Positions 9,055-17,194 of a stretch of DNA of 64,000 nt are shown one piece after another (within the stretch, counting starts at the first letter, position 1; each line of letters begins with the position of its first letter). The notes beneath the pieces were generated by a model. It saw nothing but the letters and a program-made list of their open reading frames with translations, searched no databases and was not told the origin of the DNA. The translations under genes and the position numbers were made by a program. The stretch is from contig JAUXSB010000012.1 in the NCBI GenBank assembly GCA_030681595.1, positions 9,377 to 73,376 of the forward strand, given 5' to 3'. This stretch comes from Candidatus Omnitrophota bacterium (GTDB taxonomy: Bacteria > Omnitrophota > Gorgyraeia > Ghiorseimicrobiales > Ghiorseimicrobiaceae).

Positions 9055-9225
9055 TTACTTGACGCTTACGCCCGGCTCAGGAGATTCATATATCTCATCC
9101 TGTACCTGTTTGAGCCGCGAGTTCATAGCCCGGTAAACATATGTAGACATAGCTATCAGCGCCGCTGACACTAGCGCCACAAGAACCGTATATTCTACTA
9201 TGCTCTGGGCTTTATTTTTTCTCAT
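9055..9225 (-). CDS. flp: Short Flp pilin (56 aa), absent from the ORF track
   Basis: Hand translation: MRKNKAQSIVEYTVLVALVSAALIAMSTYVYRAMNSRLKQVQDEIYESPEPGVSVK. An AAGGAG ribosome-binding site lies upstream. Confidence 0.7.
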   Translation of the reverse strand: MRKNKAQSIVEYTVLVALVSAALIAMSTYVYRAMNSRLKQVQDEIYESPEPGVSVK

Positions 9226-9368
9226 GACAAAAGACTCCTTACCGCGCTCTGGAAATGAGTTTCAAATATCGCGCGCGCAGCAGGGATAAACCCTACTGCC
9301 GCCGCTATTATAACCGTGAAAATAACCGCGTATTCTACTATTGTCTGAGCTCTTTTATAATTATTCAT
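9222..9368 (-). CDS. flp: Short Flp pilin (48 aa), absent from the ORF track
   Basis: Hand translation: MNNYKRAQTIVEYAVIFTVIIAAAVGFIPAARAIFETHFQSAVRSLLS. The start lies 1 nt after the tadC stop. Confidence 0.65.
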   Translation of the reverse strand: MNNYKRAQTIVEYAVIFTVIIAAAVGFIPAARAIFETHFQSAVRSLLS

Positions 9369-9369
9369 T

Positions 9370-10275
9370 TTACAACCCCATGCCTCCGCCGCTGCCGCGC
9401 AAGAACTGTAAAAGTACCGGGCCGCCTACAATAACCATAACCACCGGCAGGATAAACACCATCAAAGGGAATAACAGCTTTACCGGCGCCTTAAAGGCCA
9501 TTGCCTCGCCTCTCTGGAAACGCCGCACGCGCAATTCTTCCGCCTGTATTTCAAGCGCCTCGCCCATGGGAGAACCCATTTTATCCGCCTGAATAAGCGT
9601 CCGGACAAAAGAGGTTGTCTCCGGCAGGTTTACTCTCCATGACAGATTCTGCAATGACTGCTTGCGGCTCCTGCCTATCTGGCTTTCCCTCCACATCTCC
9701 GATAATTCATCACGCAGCGGGCAGGGCTTAAAATCCTTCATCACGCGGCTTACCGCCAGCATAAAATCCAGGCCGGCGTTAACGCACAAATGCAAGAGAT
9801 CGATAACATTAGGCAAATCCTTGATTATTTCATTCTGGCGTTTGGTAATTTTCTTTTTTAGCCACATATCCGGATAAAAAAAAGCCAGAAATCCGGCTAC
9901 AATAATAAAATTCGGCTTGGTAGAAAATATAATTGAACCGAATAATAGGGCGGATAAAACACAGAGCAATTTAAAAGAAACAAAATCGAGTAAAGTCATT
10001 ACTCCGCCGGCAGAAAGTAATGCCCTTTTTAGCGGTTCTTGTTTAATATAAGGCAATGCCTTTGCCGATATCGGTTCCATAAATCTCAGGGCCTTTTTAA
10101 GCAGATTACGCTGCTGCTTCTTTTTCTTGGCTACCTCAGCCGCTTCTTCCTCCGGCAGGCGCAAAAATAATTCCTCTTTTTGAGCAACAAGCTGCTGTAC
10201 TACTAAAAACACGCTCCCGAAAATCAACGCCATATATACGTAATGAAATACTGATGTGTCCACCTTACACCTCAA
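9370..10275 (-). CDS. tadC: TadC-like inner-membrane pilus assembly protein (T2SS-F domain)
   Basis: 301 aa with multiple transmembrane segments. C-terminal FKAPVKLLFPLMVFILPVVMVIVGGPVLL is typical of TadC/GspF-fold proteins. Confidence 0.75.
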   Translation of the reverse strand: MRCKVDTSVFHYVYMALIFGSVFLVVQQLVAQKEELFLRLPEEEAAEVAKKKKQQRNLLKKALRFMEPISAKALPYIKQEPLKRALLSAGGVMTLLDFVSFKLLCVLSALLFGSIIFSTKPNFIIVAGFLAFFYPDMWLKKKITKRQNEIIKDLPNVIDLLHLCVNAGLDFMLAVSRVMKDFKPCPLRDELSEMWRESQIGRSRKQSLQNLSWRVNLPETTSFVRTLIQADKMGSPMGEALEIQAEELRVRRFQRGEAMAFKAPVKLLFPLMVFILPVVMVIVGGPVLLQFLRGSGGGMGL

Positions 10276-11473
10276 TCTTGCTTAATTTAACGATTAAAAA
10301 TGCCCCTATAATCTCTGAGACCACAGAATAAACAATTAATCCCTGCCCTATTTTATCTTTAAGCATCATTTCAAAAAATTGTGGGTTAAATCCGGCGACC
10401 ATCATCGCAAAAGCTATAGGCAGGAATATCATGATAATGCCTTGTAATTTTGCCTGCGTACAGAGAGACTTAACCCTGCCGATAAGTTTATTTTTCTCGC
10501 GAATCGTAAAATTTAACTGCGAAAATGTGCGCGTTAAATCGCCGCCGGTTTCACGCGCTACTAATATCGCGGTAACCACTAAATCCAGTTCTTCAATTTT
10601 AAGCCTGTCCTTAAGATGCACAAAGGTTTCTTCCAGCGGAACACCCATGCGGTTCTCCCGTACCAGCAGGTTTAATTCCTGCGATATCGGCTGCGGCATC
10701 TCCAGTACCACTTCTTCGATTGACTGAATCAAGCTTAAGCCCGCCTTCAAAGAACTGGAAAGGATCATAAGCGCGTCGGTTAATTGCGCCCTGAACATAT
10801 TCCGGCGCCTTGCTTCTATCTGTTTAAGCGTAATCGCCGGCAAAACTGAAGCAATGCCTGCGCCAATAACCAAGCCTAATATAATATTGCGGCATATTAT
10901 TATAAATACCAACCCTAACACAACTACCGAGATAAGATACATATGAAAGAGGCGCTGAGATGGGATTTCAATAAAAATAGCGCTTAATCTATGCGACATT
11001 TTGTCTAACGCCGCCGATTTCGGAGCAGGGATTTTATTTAAATACTCACTATAAGCGTCTAAAAAGCTTAGTGCTGTTTTCTTGGTTTCAACCGTAGGCT
11101 CGGCCTCAACCTGAGGCTGAGACTGAGGAACGTTTTTGTTTTTGTTGTAGGCGTTTTTAATATTACTAAAAATTGTGTTTATGCCTTTGTAGATATTCTC
11201 CAGTATTACAAACTTTTTAGGGGCCTTAGCATCCTCTTCTTTTTGAGGAACGTTTTTGTTTTTGTTATAGGCGTTTTTAAGATTACTAAAAATTGTGTTT
11301 ATGCCTTTGGAGATATTCTCCAATATTACAGACTTTTTAGCGGCCTTAACAACCTCTTCTTTTTTAAGTACGGCTTCACCGGCAGCTGTGGGTAAAGACG
11401 CGGCCATTGGCGAAGCAGCTGGCTTCGTCATTTTAAATTTTTCAAGGCTTTTGAATAGCTTTATAAAACTCAT
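10265..11473 (-). CDS. tadB: TadB-like pilus assembly protein (T2SS-F domain) with an N-terminal extension made of a tandem 40-aa repeat
   Basis: The C-terminal ~300 aa are TadB-like (IPSQRLFHMYLISVVVLGLVFIIICRNI...). The N-terminal 100 aa hold two copies of ILENI(S/Y)KGINTIFSN(L/I)KNAYNKNKNVPQ. Confidence 0.7.
   Translation of the reverse strand: MSFIKLFKSLEKFKMTKPAASPMAASLPTAAGEAVLKKEEVVKAAKKSVILENISKGINTIFSNLKNAYNKNKNVPQKEEDAKAPKKFVILENIYKGINTIFSNIKNAYNKNKNVPQSQPQVEAEPTVETKKTALSFLDAYSEYLNKIPAPKSAALDKMSHRLSAIFIEIPSQRLFHMYLISVVVLGLVFIIICRNIILGLVIGAGIASVLPAITLKQIEARRRNMFRAQLTDALMILSSSLKAGLSLIQSIEEVVLEMPQPISQELNLLVRENRMGVPLEETFVHLKDRLKIEELDLVVTAILVARETGGDLTRTFSQLNFTIREKNKLIGRVKSLCTQAKLQGIIMIFLPIAFAMMVAGFNPQFFEMMLKDKIGQGLIVYSVVSEIIGAFLIVKLSKIEV
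11125..11364. repeat. Tandem 2 x 120-bp direct repeat inside the tadB coding region
   Basis: The two copies are about 95% identical and in-frame, so they encode the 40-aa protein repeat. Confidence 0.85.
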
Positions 11474-11765
11474 TTTAAATACTCCAAAAAAAAATCCGGA
11501 TTACTCAAAACCTGACTTTCATCGGCTTTCGGTAACCCGGTCAACAAAATCTAGAAATACACAAACAGCTTAAAAATCAGAAATTATCTGTAGCTGTTTC
11601 TGCGTTCCTAATTATTGACATCTATATTTTGTCCCGTGGCTTTGCTCACTCCGCCTAAAGCATCGGAGTTCGCCTTTATCGTTGCCGTGCTTCTAATTAC
11701 AATTAAAATATACCCTAAAATCTCCCCTTTGTCAATATATTTTTTTTAGGCTTTTGCAAACGTTT

Positions 11766-13346
11766 TCAGGCTTTTTTTACTTTTAAAATCAACCTTTTCC
11801 CTAAAAACATTAGGCTGCTTTCATTGATTCTTTCTGCGGCATAATACAGCGATTCCAGAGCCCCTTTATCCTGCTGATCAGCGTGAGGGGACAATTCAAG
11901 CGAAATTAAGTCTCGTTCCATACTCCTTTGGCCTGCCAATTCGTATAATACCCGCTTCAGCTGTAAAAAATCCCAAGATTGACATTCGCCAGGCAAATAA
12001 CGCTGTTTAACGTAAGTATTAAGATTATCCCTTGCTAAATTGAGTATTTTATCCAATTCATTAAGCCGGTAAGGCAACGGTTTGGCTTTCCATATAGCCA
12101 AAGCCATGATATTAATATAGTTATGATAAATAAATTGGGGCGGTTGGGAGAAACCATTAACTATATAGGCAAAGGAATCCCACGGTTTAAGCCAGCGCCT
12201 TAAATATAAGGCCGCCACATCCTCTTTTGATTTCTCCTGAGTAGCAAAATTGGTAGCGAGAAGCACCCCTTGCTTAACGCCAGGCCCTTCTTTTAACAGG
12301 ACGCATCTTAATTTAATCTCTTGTGAAACAATGAGTTGTGGAAAAATAACTTCTCCTTCTTGAACAGAATATTCCTTTGCGTTTATAGGCGCCGTTATTG
12401 CTTTAATCGGCGGGAAAAGCTTAATTCTCAGGCGCGCCTGCTGAGTGGGAAATAAACCAAAAATAAAATTTCTTTTTACGGCCGGAATATAAACAATCTT
12501 TTTCAACTCTTGCCCCAATCCATGAATCACCATGCGAGAAATGCTTTTTGATTCCGCTCCTTGACAGGAAAGGATAAAATTCGCTGTCTCCGGCCCTATA
12601 TTTTTAGCTAAAGAAAGTAAAATTATCGGCTGTTTAGCCTCTAAAATAGTATTTTTTATATAACTATCTGTAAAACAATGGCTTACGGATAAATTATCCG
12701 GGATATCAGCTGAAGGCCAAAGTGCTCTAAACTGGGGGTCAATATAAAAAATACTGCCGTCAATTAAGCCAAAATGTAAATTTTTTGCTAATTTAATCTC
12801 TAATTTTTCGGCTAATTTGGTTTTATCGCAGGACTGCATCCTTGCGTTTAAATCGTTTGCTAATTTGGCTAACGAGGCTGGATTAACTCTGCCACCAGTC
12901 ACCTCCCATAATCCTTGCTTATCGTAACTACTTAATTTATCGATAGTTAAATCAAATAATGGCAGATATAACAACGTGCGTAAGCCTGGGGCAATCTTAC
13001 CCATTTTTCGGCTTGGCTTTTCGCAAAATAAACCTTGGATTAATCTATCCACTAGGCCTAATTCGTTCTCCGCGGCAGCCAAAATAAATACCCCTGCACG
13101 GTCTAATATTATTTTATTATCTTTAAGAGTAAGATTTGTACCTTTCGGGCGGGATCGTGCTCTTCCTACTTTACTGCTTAAACCAGCTTGTTTTATAATC
13201 TCATTAACCCCTGATTTGGAAACATTAATTTTAAACTTTTTAAAAACAAGTTCGCTAATCTTACGGCAACTCAAAAATGAGGAAGCCTTCTTTTGTTCAA
13301 GAATAAAGCTTATAATTTTATCAGTAATTTTATATATTACGCCCAT
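11766..13346 (-). CDS. Putative DDE transposase (526 aa), tentatively of the IS4/IS1634 type
   Basis: N-terminal HTH-like region. YLRRW near the C-terminus resembles the Y-x2-R-x3-E-x6-K signature region of IS4-type transposases. Lies next to the RAYT element in an AT-rich insertion. Tentative. Confidence 0.35.
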   Translation of the reverse strand: MGVIYKITDKIISFILEQKKASSFLSCRKISELVFKKFKINVSKSGVNEIIKQAGLSSKVGRARSRPKGTNLTLKDNKIILDRAGVFILAAAENELGLVDRLIQGLFCEKPSRKMGKIAPGLRTLLYLPLFDLTIDKLSSYDKQGLWEVTGGRVNPASLAKLANDLNARMQSCDKTKLAEKLEIKLAKNLHFGLIDGSIFYIDPQFRALWPSADIPDNLSVSHCFTDSYIKNTILEAKQPIILLSLAKNIGPETANFILSCQGAESKSISRMVIHGLGQELKKIVYIPAVKRNFIFGLFPTQQARLRIKLFPPIKAITAPINAKEYSVQEGEVIFPQLIVSQEIKLRCVLLKEGPGVKQGVLLATNFATQEKSKEDVAALYLRRWLKPWDSFAYIVNGFSQPPQFIYHNYINIMALAIWKAKPLPYRLNELDKILNLARDNLNTYVKQRYLPGECQSWDFLQLKRVLYELAGQRSMERDLISLELSPHADQQDKGALESLYYAAERINESSLMFLGKRLILKVKKA

Positions 13347-13616
13347 TTTAGCTTATATATAAATGGCCAAACAGATTTTTCTATTAGATTGGACATTTAT
13401 ATATAGTAATTCCTTGAAAAACATGTTGTTATGCTAATAGATACATTAAATTTGGACATTGATTTAATCATTATAGTTGTATTTTAATTTATTATCTTAA
13501 TCTATCGCTTTAATTTTCACTGCCTCTTTCCTAAAATATACTATACGCGCATAGAGCAGCATATACCCCACATCTGTATATACCCCGCATGGAGAGCTCT
13601 TATATGTAAACCTGAT

Positions 13617-14614
13617 AACTTTACATTTTAAGCATTGCTTAAAATGTAAAGTTATTTTGTCAAATTAAAGGCCTTACTTATGGTAACGCGGGATTGACCT
13701 AAAATAGCTGCAATTTCACCTATTTTATAACCATTAGCTCTTAATTGCTTAATCAGAAACTCCCTTGCTTTGATATCCTGCGGCGATCTCAACCGTTGCT
13801 TCCCTTCCATCTTTTCCAAATAAGCTTCTATTTCTTTATCCGCTAACATGCCTTTTGAGGCCGCGATATCTCCTTCTTCTCCTATAACAATTCTTAACGA
13901 TTTAAGCAATTTAGCCCTAAAACTGACTAAATCAGCTTTCCCTCCTCTAGAAATATTTACTTCTACAGACAACATACTGCTTAATAAACGCTGGTAAATG
14001 CTCCTGGCGTTTTCTAAATCCGCGGCTAAAGGCCTTAAGAGGTATTCATATCTTACAAATGTTTCTTTATTCATATTATCCACATATAGATTTAACGACG
14101 ACCATCTGTAAGGTTTCTCTGCCCCGGCTAACCCGGCTTTATAGGGGTTAAGGTGAATGTAAATTGATGCTGCTAACGCATAGCTATCATCTAAACACAA
14201 GGATTGCCTGAATGCGCCGCAAAATACATGCCCTTTTCTGCTGTATTTTTTGTTAAAATATCTCGCGTAAGACTGGAACAAGTTCTGCATTGCCTTGGGT
14301 AAATTTACCTTATTTATCCTCAAAAGTAAATGCAGATGATTTGACATCAGGCACAAAGCAAATACATCTAATTCAAATTTCTTAGCGCAGTCTTTTAACT
14401 GGCCTAAAAAATATAGATAATCACTGTCTTCTAAGAATAAGGGCTCGCTGCCGCAGGAGTGTTGAGTCAGGTGGGAAATAGCGCCGGTAAAATTTAGTTT
14501 GTTCCTTGCTAAGAAAATACGATTTATTTTATTCTGCTCGGCCAAATCTATTATGTCCATTGTGCGCATTGTACAATAACTTTACATTTTAAGCAATGCT
14601 TAAAATGTAAAGTT
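13617..14614. mobile_element. IS200/RAYT-like unit: a Y1 HUH transposase gene flanked on both sides by identical 37-bp palindromes
   Basis: Palindromes at 13617-13653 (perfect AACTTTACATTTTAAGCA T TGCTTAAAATGTAAAGTT) and 14578-14614. They sit 8 bp from the transposase start and overlap its stop codon. Confidence 0.75.
13652..14569 (-). CDS. Y1 (HUH) tyrosine transposase, IS200/RAYT family, with a C-terminal HTH extension (305 aa)
   Basis: HuH motif SNHLHLLL. Conserved YFNKKYSRKGHVFCGAFRQS block comparable to the RAYT consensus GHLWQGRF(K/Y)S. C-terminal GYKIGEIAAILGQSRVTISKAF is HTH-like. Confidence 0.7.
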   Translation of the reverse strand: MRTMDIIDLAEQNKINRIFLARNKLNFTGAISHLTQHSCGSEPLFLEDSDYLYFLGQLKDCAKKFELDVFALCLMSNHLHLLLRINKVNLPKAMQNLFQSYARYFNKKYSRKGHVFCGAFRQSLCLDDSYALAASIYIHLNPYKAGLAGAEKPYRWSSLNLYVDNMNKETFVRYEYLLRPLAADLENARSIYQRLLSSMLSVEVNISRGGKADLVSFRAKLLKSLRIVIGEEGDIAASKGMLADKEIEAYLEKMEGKQRLRSPQDIKAREFLIKQLRANGYKIGEIAAILGQSRVTISKAFNLTK

Positions 14615-14960
14615 ATTTGATAATAGAGAGCTGACCGCCGATAGAAAGGGAGAATTTCTCGATTGTGCCCGCAGGTAATTCGACAGCGCATTTTGCGCCA
14701 AAGGCAGATAAAACAAACTTAAAAGGCGTAACATTGCTGCTTAATTTTAATATCCTATTCTGGCTATCCAAGAATATAATATCTATAGAAAAGCGCATAA
14801 AAAAGGTATGCAGGGAACTGGCAGGCTTAATTATTAAAGCGGTTGAGGCATCTAAGGAGTCGCGGAATAAAAGGCCCTTCATCCTGCTAAAAAAATTATC
14901 AGCGAATTCGGCATGTTCGGCAATTATTACTTTCGTATCCGGATTAATTATTTTATACAT
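14613..14960 (-). CDS. DUF192 family protein (about 115 aa counted from the internal Met)
   Basis: MYKIINPDTKVIIAEHAEFADNFFSRMKGLLFRD...FFMRFSIDIIFLD...AVELPAG matches the DUF192/COG1430 pattern. The ORF track extends it upstream into the cpaEF stop. Confidence 0.65.
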   Translation of the reverse strand: MYKIINPDTKVIIAEHAEFADNFFSRMKGLLFRDSLDASTALIIKPASSLHTFFMRFSIDIIFLDSQNRILKLSSNVTPFKFVLSAFGAKCAVELPAGTIEKFSLSIGGQLSIIK

Positions 14961-14970
14961 TGCGGGGTTT

Positions 14971-17154
14971 TTAAGCCTGGGGGGCCTTAAATATATCTTT
15001 GGAAATTTTAATACCGCGAACAAGCATGTTGTCATAAAAAGAAGGCACGTACCCTGTAGCCTGGAAATTGCCTATTACTCTGTGTTTTTCATCGGTTCCG
15101 GTCTGCTTAAAAACAAATATATCATGCATGCCTATATGGTTTTCATCAATCATACCGGTTACTTCACTTACAGCGAGTATCTTGCGGGTACCGTCGGAGA
15201 GACGGGCTGAATGAATAATCATTTCGATAGCGGAGGCAATCATTTCTCTGATTGCGCGTACAGGAAGCTCCGCGCCGCTCATCAGTATCATTGAGTCAAG
15301 GCGCGCCAAAACATCATGCGGGGAGTTAGCATGCAAAGTCGTCATTGAGCCGTCATGGCCGGTATTCATTGCCTGAAGCATGTCCAAGCTTTCTGCGCCG
15401 CGGCATTCGCCAATGATTATACGATCCGGCCTCATTCTCAGCGTATTGCGGAATAGATCCCTGATGGTGATAGCGCCCTTGCCTTCCACGTTAGGCGCGC
15501 GGGATTCAAGGCGCGCCCAATGGTCCTGGCTTAATTTGAGTTCCGCCGCATCCTCAATGGTAATAATGCGTTCATTCTCGGGAATAAATGATGACAGGAC
15601 ATTTAAAACTGTAGTCTTACCGGAACCTGTACCCCCGGAGACAATAATGTTCTTACGTATACTAACACAGGCCTCTATAAAATCGGCCATCGGCTCGGTA
15701 AGCGTGCCGAATTTTATCATATCCTGCACGGTAAGCCTTTCCCTGGCAAATTTCCTTATTGTCAACATCGGCCCGTCCAAAGACAAAGGCGGGATAATCG
15801 CATTTACACGCGAGCCATCTGACAAGCGCGCATCCACCATCGGCACAGACTCATCAATACGCCTGCCCAAGGGAGCGATAATCCTCTCAATAACCTGCCT
15901 GACCTGATCATTAGAAAGAAACTTCTTATCTGTCTTTACTATTTTCCCGGAACGCTCCACGTATATATCATCCTTATTATTCACCATAATATCGGTTATG
16001 GTGGCGTCTGCTAATAATTCCTCTAGTGGCCCTAACCCCAGCGTTTCATCCATCAGCTCCTTAATTAAACGCTCGCGTATCTCGGGAGAAGAAATAAACG
16101 CCCCTGCCTCCTTAGCCAATGTATTAGCGATCGCCTTTCCTGTCTTTATTCTTAACTCTTCTTTCTTGACAGGGTCTCTTAAGTCCACTTCCATCTTTTT
16201 TAAATCTAATTCGGTTATCAAGCGCTGGTGCACCCGGCGTTTTAAATCAAGGATATCGCCGCTGATTAGGTTTTTCGACGGGCCTAAAACTTCTTTTAAA
16301 CCGTGCTTATCTAAAAATATTGCCTGCGAAATGCTACCCAGTCCTTGTTTGGATAAATCGCTTAGCGTAACCGCGCTGGAAATATCTAAGTGCTCTAAGA
16401 AAATACCTTTCTCGTTGACTAAGGTTTCGCCCAGTTTTTTTATGGCGACACTCACTCTTGAAGCCGGGCTGTCTAATACTACCGGCATCCTCCTGTTTAA
16501 AGACATGCCTACTATTTTACCCTCGCTGGGAATACGGCAAATTATATCGCAGGGTAAGACTAACTTTACTTCTTGGTATGGCACTCCGCCCATGCTGTCT
16601 GCGCGGTTTAATACCGCCTTCATCATGATTAGGGGAAAATGCAAAGACTGGAGCACTTCCAAGGCCCATTTGGTCTGATATATCGATAATATATCCGGGC
16701 TGGTCAAGAGGATAACCAGATTGGCATAATTTAAAGCAGACACCAAGCTGTCCGTAAAAGTCCTGCCCGCGTCTGCGATTATATAATCATAATATGGTTT
16801 TAAATCGTTAAATATCTTCTTTACTAAAAAATCATCCACATAACCAACTTGTGCCGGCCTTAATACCGCCGGCAAAAAATCTACCCCTGACTCAGCGTGA
16901 TGGCTGATATAATTCTTTATATCCTGCTTATCCCTGTCTTCCTTCTTTAAAGACACCAGTTCCACCGCCGCAACCTTGGGATTTATACTGATAGAACGGT
17001 ACATATCTCCAACCGCCTCTAAGTCTAAATCTACCAAGGCTACCTTCTTTTTCCTGTCTTTAGCTAAAGAAACCGCTAAATTAACCGCCAGAAAGGTTTT
17101 GCCGGTGCCGCCCTTTGTACCGAAAACTATTATCGTCTTAGCTACGGAATCCAT
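14971..17154 (-). CDS. Single-polypeptide fusion of a CpaE/TadZ-like ParA-type ATPase (N-terminal half) and the CpaF/TadA secretion ATPase (C-terminal half); 727 aa
   Basis: N-terminus IIVFGTKGGTGKTFLAVNLA shows a deviant Walker A. C-terminus GGTGSGKTTVLNVL...RIIIGECRG is the TadA/VirB11-family signature. One continuous ORF. Confidence 0.8.
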   Translation of the reverse strand: MDSVAKTIIVFGTKGGTGKTFLAVNLAVSLAKDRKKKVALVDLDLEAVGDMYRSISINPKVAAVELVSLKKEDRDKQDIKNYISHHAESGVDFLPAVLRPAQVGYVDDFLVKKIFNDLKPYYDYIIADAGRTFTDSLVSALNYANLVILLTSPDILSIYQTKWALEVLQSLHFPLIMMKAVLNRADSMGGVPYQEVKLVLPCDIICRIPSEGKIVGMSLNRRMPVVLDSPASRVSVAIKKLGETLVNEKGIFLEHLDISSAVTLSDLSKQGLGSISQAIFLDKHGLKEVLGPSKNLISGDILDLKRRVHQRLITELDLKKMEVDLRDPVKKEELRIKTGKAIANTLAKEAGAFISSPEIRERLIKELMDETLGLGPLEELLADATITDIMVNNKDDIYVERSGKIVKTDKKFLSNDQVRQVIERIIAPLGRRIDESVPMVDARLSDGSRVNAIIPPLSLDGPMLTIRKFARERLTVQDMIKFGTLTEPMADFIEACVSIRKNIIVSGGTGSGKTTVLNVLSSFIPENERIITIEDAAELKLSQDHWARLESRAPNVEGKGAITIRDLFRNTLRMRPDRIIIGECRGAESLDMLQAMNTGHDGSMTTLHANSPHDVLARLDSMILMSGAELPVRAIREMIASAIEMIIHSARLSDGTRKILAVSEVTGMIDENHIGMHDIFVFKQTGTDEKHRVIGNFQATGYVPSFYDNMLVRGIKISKDIFKAPQA

Positions 17155-17194
17155 CTTCTATCTGAGCCCGCCTTATTAAATACCACGCTTAGGC

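Noticed and set aside
14665-16678. Plus-strand ORFs 14665-15210, 15380-15907 and 15998-16678.
   Set aside because: They lie antisense inside the well-supported DUF192 and cpaE-cpaF genes, have low-complexity composition and no motifs. Spurious.
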